Source of the DNA: the human T2T-CHM13v2.0 reference genome, Homo sapiens
Strand: one strand, 5' to 3'
NCBI RefSeq assembly: GCF_009914755.1
Contig: NC_060942.1
DNA length: 64,000 nt
The notes under the pieces are model-generated. The model ran no database searches and was not told the origin of the DNA. It saw only the letters and a list, made by a program, of their open reading frames with translations. Position numbers and translations under genes: made by a program. Shown piece after piece: positions 1 through 11,927 of the stretch (the first letter of the stretch is position 1; each line of letters opens with the position of its first letter).

Positions 1-232
1 GGATCACGAGGTCAGGAGTTCAAGACCAGCCTGGCCAAGATGGTGAAACTCTGTCTCTACTAAAACAAAAATTGGCCAGGCGTCGTGATGGGCACCTGTA
101 ATCCCAGCTACTTGGGAGGTGGAGGCAGAGAATTGCTTGAACTCAGGAGGCAGAGGTTGCATTGAGCTGAGATCATGCCACTGCACTCCAGCCTAGGTGA
201 CAGAGCAAGACTCCATCTCAAAAAAAAAAAAA
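1..232 (+). mobile_element. AluS element, cut by the window edge
   Basis: Alu left-arm end, A-rich linker, full right arm and poly-A tail. Confidence 0.95.
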
Positions 233-497
233 GAAGGAAAAGCAGTGAGTTTTCCCATACACAGTGTAAAAGGAGATAAACCTGTGAAGAAAGGGATGAA
301 CAGGCCAAGCACAGACTTTATTTACATCCCACACTTGTCTTGAGAAGTTTTCATGAAGCTACACACCAAGAGAATGGTAGCTATTTTATTATTGGTATTA
401 TTATCCTTGTTAGGTTTCATTTTCCTGGTTTCACCAATTTAGTTTGTTGAGGTTATTTTGCCCTTGCAGAGAAGGGCAAAATTTTACACACAGAGAT

Positions 498-1269
498 TGT
501 AGTGAGTTGAATGGTGGCACCCACCCCAAAATATATACCCACATCCTAATCCCTGGAAGCTGTGGATGGGACCTTACTTGGAAAAAGGATCTTTGTAGAT
601 GTAAGTAAATTAAGGATCCTGAAATGAGACCATCCTGGATCATCCAAGTGAGCATAAATCCAACAACAAGTGTCTTTTTTTTTTTTTTTTGTTTTTGAGA
701 CAAGTTCTTACTCTGTTGTCCAGGCTGAAGGGCAGTGGCACGATCACAGCTCACTCCAGCCTCGACCTCCTGGGCTCAGGTGATCCTCTACTTCAGCCTC
801 CTGGGTAGCTGGGACTATAGGCCCACACCACCACGCCATGGCTAATTTTTGTATTTTTAGTAGAGGTGGGGTCTTGCCGTGTTGCCCGGGCTGGTCTTGA
901 ACTCCTGTGCTCAAGGGATCCTCCCGCCTTGGTCTCCCAAAGTGCTGGGATTATCAACGTGATCTGCCCGCCTGACCTTAACAAGTGTCTTTTTAAGAGA
1001 AAAGCAGAGGGAGGTTTGAGACGGAGAGGAGAAGCCAAGTGAAGGTGGAGACAGAGTTTAGGGCGATGCAGGGAGGAAAGCCAAGGACTGCCTGGAGCCG
1101 CCACCAGAAGCTGGGAGAGGCCAGGAAGGATTCTCCCCTAGCACTCCCAGAGGATGCAGGGCCTTGCTGACACCTTGATGTGGAACTTCTGGCCTCCAGG
1201 GAGAATAAACTTTTAAGTCACCAAATTGGTTTGTGATAATTTGTTACAGCAGCCACAGAAACTAACACA
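498..1269 (+). mobile_element. MLT1C/D-like MaLR solo LTR, interrupted by an Alu
   Basis: Starts TGTAGTGAGTTGAATGGTGG, ends TTGTTACAGCAGCCACAGAAACTAACACA; typical MLT1 internal motifs. Confidence 0.85.
675..977 (-). mobile_element. AluJ
   Basis: Poly-T then antisense Alu; TSD AACAAGTGTCT at 665-675 and 980-990. Confidence 0.95.
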
Positions 1270-1947
1270 GAGGGTATTTTCCTCCTCACAGTCTGAAGGA
1301 CCTGCCCAGGGGAAGAAGTAAACCACCTCTTACCTTTCCGACCATCTCAGAACCACGAGGAAATAGGAAGTGAGGCCTGGTATGCAGAGGGACGACTCAA
1401 ACAGGTGATTAAGGAATTAACCAGTCACTTGTTGGAGGATAATGCCTCAGTGAGCAAGAGGCATCCCGAGTTCATAGCAGACAAGGACGCCTGACAGCTC
1501 TGGTGGTCCCTGACAAGTCTGACACCCACGGAGAAGCCTGAGGGGACGAAGCTGGCCTGGGTGATGGGCGCCATGTTGGATCCCAGGGAGGCAGGAAGGC
1601 ACCAGGCAACGCCCCTGACTGGGAGTCATCCCAGGCCAGCGTCTTCCTGTTTGCTCAGGAAGAAACATTCATTTTCTCTGGCCTCAGCCTCCTAAACTGA
1701 AAAAAATAATGTTGTTCCACTCTAAGAATACTGCTGCGGGCTAATTTATTCATGGCTGTGACACACATAGCTTTCTTTAAAATAAAGTCCCTGGTGTCAT
1801 TTTTAATAGGGTCATAAATGCAACTCGAAGAAACTGTCTTTTTGCATCTACCTGTGATTGTTTCTTTGTATCAGTCAGGGTAGTCTGGGTTATTCTGTGG
1901 TAACAGGCAGTGCCCAAATCTCACTGTTTTAAAACAATGAAGGTTGT

Positions 1948-2365
1948 TGTAGGCTGAACTGTGTCTTCAGATGTGGTCACATTCTGAGGTGCATATGGAT
2001 TTTTGAGGGGACACAGTTTTTTAAGGGGACATTGGTCATTGAGGGAACACAGATCTTTAAGAGGTAATTAAATTCAAATGAGGTCATTAGGGTGGGCTTT
2101 TATCCAATATGACTGGTGTTCTTAGAGGAGAAAATGTGGACACAGACACAGAGGGAAGACGATATGAAGATAAAAGGAGACAGTGCCCATCTGTAAGTCA
2201 AGGAGAGAGGCCTGGAATGGATCCTTCCCTCATAGCCCTAAGAAGGAACCAATGCTATGGACACTTTGACCTCAGACTTCTAACTTCTACAACTGCCGAG
2301 ACAAGCAATTTCTGTTGCTTAAGCCACCCAATCTGTGGTACTTAGTTACAGCAGCCCTAGCAAAC
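1948..2365 (+). mobile_element. MLT1B-like solo LTR with an inverted 5' segment
   Basis: TCCAATATGACTGGTGTTCTT...AAGCCACCCAATCTGTGGTACTTAGTTACAGCAGCCCTAGCAAAC matches MLT1B as recalled. Confidence 0.85.
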
Positions 2366-2383
2366 CAGTTGGCTTAGAATGGG

Positions 2384-2776
2384 TGTATTAATCCATTCTC
2401 ACACTGCTCTAAAGAAATACCTGAGACTGGGTAATTAATAAAGAAAAGAGGTTTAATTGGCTCATAGTTCTGCAAGCTGTACAGGAAGCATAGCGGCTTC
2501 TGCTTCTGTAGAGGCCTCAGGAAGCTTCCAATCATGGCAGAAGGCGAAGGGGAAGCAGGCACTTCACACGGCTGGAGCAAGAGAAAGAGATAGAGAAGGG
2601 GGAGGTGATACACACTTTCAAACGACCAGATCTCATGAGAACTCACTATGGCAAGAACAGCACCAAGGGGGAATCTGCCCTCATGATCCAATCACCTCCC
2701 ACCAGGCCCCACCTCCAACACTGGGGATAGCAATTTGACATGAAATTTGGGCAGCAACACGGATCAAGCCATATCT
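2384..2776 (-). mobile_element. MSTA MaLR solo LTR
   Basis: TGTATTAATCCATTCTCACACTGCT...AAAGAAAAGAGGTTTAATTGGCTCA...ATGATCCAATCACCTCCCACCAGGCCCCACCTCCAACA. Confidence 0.9.
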
Positions 2777-3172
2777 ATGAGGAATAGAGATTTTTGCACT
2801 TTTCAGTCATTGCTTTCTCCCTGGTTCCCAGAACAGGATTATGTTCTAGACACTTAAGAAATATTTGCTAAATTATGTTGAGTTAATCTTATAATAACAT
2901 AATTAAGGTCAACTTTGGCTATCTGTGTGATGTTAGTTTCTTCAAAATAATGTCTTCAAATAATTTCTCTGAAATAATAATTGCCGATGTGGGAGAAGCT
3001 GTACTTACTTGTGTCACTGAGTCCTCAGTGCAATTGCCTGGAGCTGAAAGTGGTGTCCTGGCCCTGGCCCTGTCGTGTAGCAGAAGATCTATGCTCTTGG
3101 AGATGCTGTGATATAAATCAACTCAAGCTAGTTTAGAGAATGGAAGGATTTCTTTTTCCCCTAAGGAGTTAA

Positions 3173-3546
<374 letters not shown>

Positions 3547-3576
3547 TAGAATCAGGGATTAAAATAGCACCACAAA

Positions 3577-3639
<63 letters not shown>

Positions 3640-3676
3640 GTCTGTCTATATCTATCTATCTATATCTATCTGTCTG

Positions 3677-3727
<51 letters not shown>

Positions 3728-3734
3728 CTGTCTG
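3577..3734. repeat. Compound (TC)n/(TATC)n/(TGTC)n microsatellite
   Basis: (TC)7 [TATC]12 [TGTC]2 TA [TATC]3 TA [TATC]2 [TGTC]2 [TATC]12, read directly. Confidence 0.97.
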
Positions 3735-4603
3735 AATTCTATATGTGCTTCTTTCTTCATAGCAACTTCTTTCTTTCCTACTGTGTCGTGCTGCACAGTG
3801 GCGTCCTCTATATGGCTGGGACCTGGCTATTGGATTCTTTCCTTAGCTCCAACTTGGGTGCTACCTGGAGAAACATTTTGATTGGTCTCCCTTGGGATGG
3901 GTGCTCTCTCTGGTCCCATCAACTGTAGCCTGATGACCATGTACTCTTGCCCAGTGTAGTCGGGTGTTTACTCTGGCTTTATTAGCTGTGGTCAAGGGGA
4001 CAGTCTATAGCATAGACATGGCCACCAGTCACCATTGTTTTAATATTCATTGAAAGAAAAGCTAGAAACCCATCACTATTTATGCAGACTCTTCCTTTTT
4101 CTTGGGTTCCTGTTCCTGCTTCATAGTTGATTCCTTTGTCACTCATCACAGCCTGCACTCAGGAATTAACCATGTTGTACTTTATACTGATCCCTGCTAA
4201 GGAATCTCTCAAACTCTCAGAAATGCCCAATTCTGTGACAAAGCCAGACCACCCTCTACAGGTCGGGGCTTGTGCCCACCACAGGCTAAACAGTCTAGGT
4301 TTGGCCAAGAGCAGGGTTTGAAGAAAGAGGCATATCACAGCTGGGCACTCAGTAGGTGTCAGTACATTGTGTTGAATGAAAGGTTCTGAGCCAGAGTCCT
4401 GAAGCAGGCACCTGGGCAGGCACGATCACAGGGCTCTCACCTCTCTAGCTGGGACCTGGGCCTGAGCTCAGTCCCCGTGATGGCCCTTGGTGAACTTTCT
4501 CAACATATCCCTTTCTTCTCCTTTGGTGACTTCCCATGGCTGAATTCTACCTTTACTGTGTACAGGGTTGCTGTCTATCTCAAGCCCCTCCCTGCCACCT
4601 ATC

Positions 4604-4697
4604 ATAAGCTCCATAAGGGCAGGCAGTCTTTTTCACACCGCATGCCTGTCATCTAGCTCACTGCCTGGCATATAGTAGGTAGTTGAATACATGAATA
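4604..4697 (+). mobile_element. L2 3'-end fragment
   Basis: TAAGCTCCATAAGGGCAGG...TGCCTGGCATATAGTAGG...GAATACATGAAT. Confidence 0.7.
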
Positions 4698-5202
4698 GGG
4701 TAATGGGTGATCAGGGCCTGGAGGAAGGTAGCAGGGGAATCTGTACTAGACCCAGAGTCAGGAAAGGCATCCCCAAGAAATGGCATTAAAGCTAGGGTGA
4801 GAATAGCCTGGGAGGAGGATAAGCACAGAGCTCCAGGGACTCTCCTCTCTCCTTCTCTGCCCAGGGACCTGCTGCAAGCTGGCAGCACAGACACAGCCAG
4901 TGGGGAACAGCTTGCAGCAGGCCCCTGGACAGGGAAGGAAATTAGTGGCAGAGCCAGGCCTAGACTTTGACTCTCCACACTCGCTGTCACAGCCAGAAGA
5001 GTCCCTGGTTTGGTTCCATTCCAGAAGGATTATAGTAGGTTGATGCTTTCTTGAACTCCAATGTGGTTAAAATCATCACCAAACACTTGGGCCCAGTCAG
5101 AGGACTCCAACTGTTTGATATTCCATAGACTCTCAAGAGGAAACCATAATTGCCTATTAGTCATTTTGCAGCTGGTACCAAATTACGAAAGACAGCACAC
5201 TC

Positions 5203-5234
<32 letters not shown>
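5203..5234. repeat. (GT)n(GA)n microsatellite
   Basis: Direct reading. Confidence 0.9.
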
Positions 5235-5235
<1 letters not shown>

Positions 5236-5977
5236 TCAAAAAGTGGATACTAAGATAATGCAGAATGGCTTAGAATAGTTGAGAAAATAAACACGTAAAA
5301 AGATTAGTAAATAAGAAAACCATTGAGTCATTTATTTGAATTATATAATTGATTCAGAATAGATTAAACACCACAAATGGATAGAGCTGATGCTCTTAAA
5401 ACCCAAAAGAAAACACTTTATCCATAGTGTTGGCAGTGTTGGTTCAGTGTTAATCCAAATACGATATGAAGCTACCCAAATTCGAATTAAAGGGTTCTTA
5501 GTACAGCAAACGCCAGGACAGAATAACAAGAATCCACCATCCACCCAAAGCTAAAAAAATGCTGTGCATGCATGACTGAAACCCTTCTTTCCCAAGTGGA
5601 AACACCAACGCATTAACAAATATTTAATGGGACTTACCATGTGCGAGGTACTCAGAGAAGCTTCCAAACTTAGCAACCCCTTTTGTGGCTGTCCTGAGAG
5701 ATCCTTTCACATTTACTAATTGCACCTCAGATCCATTTGTTGATGAAAAGCACCATGCAGCTGGAGATCTTTTATCAAGATTTTACATCCCCTCCCTCTT
5801 GCTATTTGGCTTTCTTTTCCAACGGCATCCAAAAATGGGGCATGAGCTCATGTTCCCCTGTGCTGCCCCTTGTTCACTTCTTCCCTCTTTCCTACCACCA
5901 TTCAAGGGGCAGGTTTAGGTGATCTGGCTACAGATTGTTCAGCCCAGTTGGACCCCTTTAAGAGTTCTTCTCACCTT

Positions 5978-6604
5978 TTTACACCGTTGGTGGGAAAGTA
6001 AATTAGTTCAACCATTGTGGAAGACAGTGTGGTGATTCCTCAAAGACCTAGAACCGGAAAAATACAATTTGACCCAGCAATCCCATTACTGGGTATATAC
6101 CAAAAGAAATATAAATCATTCTATTACAAAGATACATGCACACATGTGTTCATTACAGCACTATTCACAATAGCAAAGACATGGAATCAACCCAAATGCC
6201 CATCAGTGACAGACTGGATAAAGAAAATGTGGTACATATACACCATGGAATACTATGTGGCCATGAAAAGGAAAAAGATCATGTCCTTTGCAGGGACATG
6301 GATGGAGCTGGAAGCCATTATCCTCAGCAAACTAACGCAGGAACAGAAAACCAAACACTGCATATTCTCACTTATAAGTAGGAGCTGAACAGTGAGAACA
6401 CATGGACACGGGGACGGAAACAACGCACACTGGGGCCTCTCAGTGGGTGGGAGAACATTAGGAAAAATGGCTGATGCACGCTGGACTTAATACCTAGGTA
6501 ATGGGTTGATAGGTGCAGCAAACCACCATGGCACACGTTTGCCTATATAACAAGCTTGCCCGTGGACCCCAGAAATTAAAATAAAATAAAAATTTTTTAA
6601 AAAA
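5978..6604 (+). mobile_element. 5'-truncated L1PA (ORF2 C-terminus plus 3'UTR)
   Basis: ORF 6017-6388 gives the L1 ORF2p C-terminus (DPAIPLLGIY...KTWNQPKCPS...WIKKMWYIYTMEYY); L1PA 3'UTR and A tail follow. Confidence 0.95.
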
Positions 6605-6616
6605 GAGTTGTCCTCT

Positions 6617-6809
6617 GCCTGAGCAACATAGGAGACCCCATCTCTAAAACACATTTCAAAAATTAGCTGGGCATGGTGGCATGCACCTGTAGTCTCAGCA
6701 ACTCAGGAATCTGAGGCAGGAGGATTGCTTAAGCCTGGGAGTTTGAGGTCACAGTGAGCTTTGATTGCACCACTGCACGCCATCCTGGGCAACAGAGTGA
6801 GACCCTGTC

Positions 6810-6841
<32 letters not shown>
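6617..6841 (+). mobile_element. 5'-truncated AluJ
   Basis: End of left arm, linker, J-type right arm (GGAGGATTGCTTAAGCC), long poly-A. Confidence 0.9.
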
Positions 6842-6844
<3 letters not shown>

Positions 6845-6849
6845 GTCAA

Positions 6850-7141
6850 GCCGGGCATGTTGGCTTTCGCCTATAATCCTAGCACTTTAGGAGGCCAAGG
6901 TGAGTGGATCACCTGAGGTCAGGAGTTCGAGACCAGCCTGGCCAACACGGTGAAACCGCATCTCTACTAAAAATACAAAAATTAGCCGGGTGTGGTGGCA
7001 CACGCCTGTAATCCCAGGCTACTCAGGAGGCTGAGGAAGGAGAATCGCTGGAACCTGGGAAACAGAGGTTACAGTGAGCCAAGATCGTGCCACTGTACTC
7101 CAGCCTGGGTGACAGAGCAAGACTCCGTCTCAAAAAAAAAA
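6850..7141 (+). mobile_element. AluSx-like
   Basis: Full dimer; TSD (A)nGTTGTC on both sides. Confidence 0.95.
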
Positions 7142-7578
7142 GTTGTCTTGTGGCCTAGAAAGTTGTCCCTCCACTACACAGAGTCCCTGGAGGACATCTA
7201 GGACTCAAGGACTCCCTTACCATAAAATGACACATCTGCACAGAGCAGTAATTTGATGAATGAGTCTCTGTGACTCCCCTGTAGACTCACAGCATTGCTT
7301 CTCAGGCCAAGTTCTGGAACATATCATCCTATTCCCCCATCCATACTGCCCTCTGACAACAAGTATCTGAAATATTTTGGCCTAGATTCCTATCTCAGGC
7401 AGACACCTAGAATTTTAGAAAACATCAAGTTGAGTATTGTTGTTAGAGGTGGCACTAGACATTTAGCAACCCAGAAGCCAAACCCACAAGGGAAAGGTGT
7501 GACCAGGGACCACGCAGTGGACAAGTTTCAGTGACTGATGGAAAGCTCGTTATAACCAAATGACATCTCTTCACCAGG

Positions 7579-7769
7579 TGTAGTGGACTGAATAATGGCT
7601 TTCAAAGATATCAGGTCCTAATCTCTGAAACCTGTAAATATTACATCATTTGGAAAAAATATCTTTGCAGATGAGATTACATTAATTATACTGAGATGAG
7701 GGAGATTATCTGGATTAGCCAGGCCCTCAATGCAATCACATTTATCCCTGAAAGAGAAGACCGAGGTAG

Positions 7770-7822
<53 letters not shown>

Positions 7823-8089
7823 GAGAGGGTGATATGAAGATGGAGGCAGAGATTAGAGTGATGTGTCCACAAGTCAAGGAATGCTTGCAGCTCCTAGAAA
7901 CCAAAGGAGGCAAGAACAGATTCTCTCTGGAACCTCCAGAGACAGCATGGCCCTGCCAACCCTTGATTGTGGCCCAGTGATAATGATTTCAGACTGCTGC
8001 CTTCTGGAATTGAAAGGGAATAAATTTTTGTTGTTTTAACTCACCTGGTTTGTGGTGCTTTGTTAGGGCAGGCACAGGAAACTAACACA
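7579..8089 (+). mobile_element. MLT1D solo LTR with internal (AC)22
   Basis: TG...CA termini; intact 5-bp TSD CCAGG at 7574-7578 and 8090-8094; (AC)n at 7775-7818. Confidence 0.9.
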
Positions 8090-8144
8090 CCAGGTACAGA
8101 ACATAAAGAGAGGCGTCATGTGTGAGAGACATGCCTTTCTCATT

Positions 8145-8345
8145 TGGCCTTTCCCAGAATTAGGTGTGGCTGGTAAATCTCAGTGCTTGATGTCGGATAT
8201 TGATTGCATAAGACATGCGAGAATGACGTGAGAGGCTTTATAAATCCAATGAGTCAACCAGGGACGGGTGGTTGGCTGTGGAGACGTCTAGGTAAGCTGC
8301 GACCATGACCGGGTTAAGCTAACACTTCTGTGAGAACACGTGCTT
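8145..8345 (+). promoter_or_regulatory. Candidate enhancer/promoter motif cluster
   Basis: TTCCCAGAA 8151, ATTGCATAA 8203, TGACGTGA 8224, TATAAAT 8239, TGAGTCA 8250, AG|GTAAGC 8291/8292, CACGTG 8337; several retained CpGs. Confidence 0.4.
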
Positions 8346-8426
8346 CATACAAACAGTCCAGACAGACCTAGAAGATGTGATCTCCTAGGTCTACAAACTC
8401 CTACAAAGCAGGAGACCACTGAGATA

Positions 8427-8506
8427 TTAGGTTGGTGCAAAAGTAATTACAGTTACTGCCATTTAAAAGTTATGGCAAAATCACAATTACTTTTGCACCA
8501 ATCTAA
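8427..8506. mobile_element. MADE1 (Hsmar1-derived 80-bp MITE)
   Basis: TTAGGTTGGTGCAAAAGTAATT...AATTACTTTTGCACCAATCTAA inverted repeats; TA on the left flank. Confidence 0.95.
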
Positions 8507-9237
8507 TGTAATCACAGAGCTGCAACAGAGGTTAGTGCTCACTTCCTTCTGCCCATCTGTGTGACAAAGTCCCAGGGTTACACAGCCAGCCAGGAGGGAG
8601 CCTCCCCTGGCACCCATGAGTCTCATGACTCCTAGTTTCCTGTTGGCTTTCTTTCTGGCTCTGCCTATCTGCTATGGACCTGTCATTCATGCAAATTGGG
8701 TGCCTCTGTTTCTCGGGAGCTGTGTAGAGCCTAGACAAGTTCAAATCATCCCAAAGGACTTAGAGTAGGTCGGAATCAACATAATCAATGCCCCTGACAC
8801 TGCCCCTCCACATGCCCTACAGGAGTTGGGAGCGCGCACCTCCACCCTATATTGTTGTCTCCAAATTCTTCTCTCCCTTCCCTTCTCTCTTCTTCCCTGA
8901 GGTCAGCCTCACATTCTGCAGGTCTAGCGAAAGGGTGTCTCACCTCAATCATGAGAAAGAGGAGTCCCAGCTCCAGGAGAAGCAGGAGCAGCCCAGGAAG
9001 GGGCTTCTCAGACCCTGAGAACTGAGCCATGGAGTGGCCATGTGCTGTTTTAGAACACAGCTGACAGGACACCTTGGCTCTTCTTCACCAGAGACTAAAA
9101 TCAAGAGAAGCATCAGAAGTTTTGGAGTTCTCACTGTTCTTGCCCCAGGGCCACAGAGCTTCAGCTACCTGCTCCTCCCACAAGATCCAGATAACTCTCA
9201 GCCACCCTAGAGGAGTCCTTATTCTTCTAGGCCCCCA

Positions 9238-9753
<516 letters not shown>

Positions 9754-9999
9754 GAGCTGCCTGGCCTTCAGACTTTTTATTTTGCATCCCCTCTCAGCAA
9801 ATCATGAAAAGCCTTGTCCCCTGGCATCACAGCTTAAATAAGTTAAAGTAGTTGCATGGAATATTATTTCTGACCTATTATACATAACTATGAACATTTT
9901 TAAACAAAGCCATTTTAAATGTATTAATAAACATATCCAATGATATCTAAACATCATAGTGATTTGATATCTATTATCCATTTGAAAATACATAAACAA

Positions 10000-10314
10000 G
10001 CCGGGTGCGGTGGCTCATGCCTGTGCTTCCAGCACTTTGGGAGGCTGAGGCAAGTGGATTACTTGAGGTCAGGAGTTCGAGACCAGCCTGGCCAACATGG
10101 TGAAACCGCATCTCTATTAAAAATACAAAAATTAGCTGGGCATGGTGGCGGGTGCCTGTAATCCCAAATACTTGGGAGGCTGAGGCAGGAGAATCGTTTG
10201 AACCCAGGGGACGTTTGAACCCAGGTTGCAGTGAGCCGAGATCAGGCCACTGTGTTCCAGCCTGGGTGACAGAGCGAGACTTCATCTCAAAAAAAAAAAA
10301 AAAGAAAGAAAGAA
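10000..10314 (+). mobile_element. AluSx-like
   Basis: Full dimer; TSD AAAATACATAAACAAG at 9985-10000 and 10315-10330. Confidence 0.95.
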
Positions 10315-11358
10315 AAAATACATAAACAAGCTCCTTTATAGTAGTCTAAAATTTTACACTACTTTTTTTTCTCCTTGAGCTCATATTTTCATTGCCTTTC
10401 CCTAATGTAGTTTTCTAATGTAATATATTTTTATACTCCAATGCCTGTTGATCATCCTGTTTTATTTCTCTGCCACAAAAATATCTACATAAATTGAAAA
10501 TTTTATACATAAGACTTTTATTCTGCATTCTTAAGCCCTAAGTGTTAAAATATTTCTTCTTGGTTATCATGAATGTCACTAGTAGTACCCATTAATCAGC
10601 ATTATATAAAAATATCACGTTATTAAACATGAATACAATTTTTAAATAGGAAAGGTAAAATTGCATTTTAAATGAATTTCTCAGTGAGCTAGATGAGTAT
10701 TTGTTCGTGTTTTCCAATGAGCTCATGTATGTGGGAATGAATGAGACAGAGTTAGCAACAGTTTTATTTTCATCCTTAGTTTTATAGATTCAGGTGCTGG
10801 TAAACATTGGCTTACATAAATAAGTAGGAGGAAAGAGAAAAATTTCTCTTATATTAGTAGCACTCAATTCTCTAAGCTCCTTCCAAGGTATCTGCCAAAA
10901 ATCATATTTTCCATCTGTCAGTTGACAGCTCAATTAAGTACTCCTTCAATTTTGCTCAAGGCAAGGAACTAGAAACCATTTGACTTGCAGAAGGATTTGT
11001 TACTCAGTCATTAGAACCACTAATTTCTCTTACTCTCTAGGAAGTACACCAAAAAGCTTTACCAAGACTTACCAAGTGATTCTTAATTATAAGTTTCTTT
11101 GGAAGCATATTTTCATACCTGGTATATTCAGAAAAGGTTGAAAAGCCTGAAATATCATTAATTTCAATTCTTGTTTATCAACGTAATTTAAAAATCTATA
11201 CTTTTTAAACTACGTGCTTGAACATGTGGGCTCGCCCCACCCTGCCCCCCAGTTTCAGTCATTCAACATACAGAAAATGTCTGCCGTGTAATCAAAATAG
11301 CAAGGCCAGGTCTCACTGTCAAAACAGGCTTACTTTCTGTTAGAAAATGTCCAGCTTT

Positions 11359-11927
11359 GCCAGGCACAGTTGCTCATCTCTGTAGTCCCAGCACTTTGGG
11401 AGGTTGAAGTGAGCTGATTGTTTGAGCCCAGGAGTTTGAGACCAGCCTGGGCAACATAGTAAGACCCCATTTCTTTCTTTCTTTCTTTCTTTCTTTTTTT
11501 TTTGAGACAGAATCTTGCTGTGTCACTCAGGCTGGTGTGCAGTGGCACAATCTTGGTTCACTGCAAGTTCCACTTCCTGGGTTCAAGCAATTCTCCTGCC
11601 TCTGCCTCCAAGTAGCTAGGATTACAGGCACCTGCCACCACACCCAGCTAATTTTTGTATTTTTAGTAGGGACGGGGTTTCACCATGTTGGCCAGTCTGG
11701 TCTCCAACTCCTGACCTCGTGATCTGCCCACCTCGGCCTCCCAATTTCTACAAAAATAACATTTAGCCAGGTGTGGTGGTGTGTGCTTGTAGTCCCAGCT
11801 ACTCAGGAGGCTGAGGTGGGAGGATCCCTTGAGCCCAGGAGGTCAAGGCTGTAGTGAGCTGAGATCTTGCCACTGCACTCCAGCCTGGGTGACAAAGTGA
11901 GACCCTGTCTCAAAAAAGAAAAAAAAA
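11359..11927 (+). mobile_element. AluJ split by an antisense Alu
   Basis: Left arm 11359-11474, right arm 11745-11927; TSD AAAATGT(C/T)CA(G/A)CTTT. Confidence 0.92.
11475..11743 (-). mobile_element. 5'-truncated AluS (Sg-like) nested in AluJ
   Basis: (CTTT)n tail; short TSD ATTTCT at 11469 and 11744. Confidence 0.92.

Noticed and set aside
6017-6388. 123-aa ORF with protein-like sequence (also 33276-33518 and 23575-23760)
   Set aside because: L1 ORF2p fragments of truncated LINE copies, not host genes.
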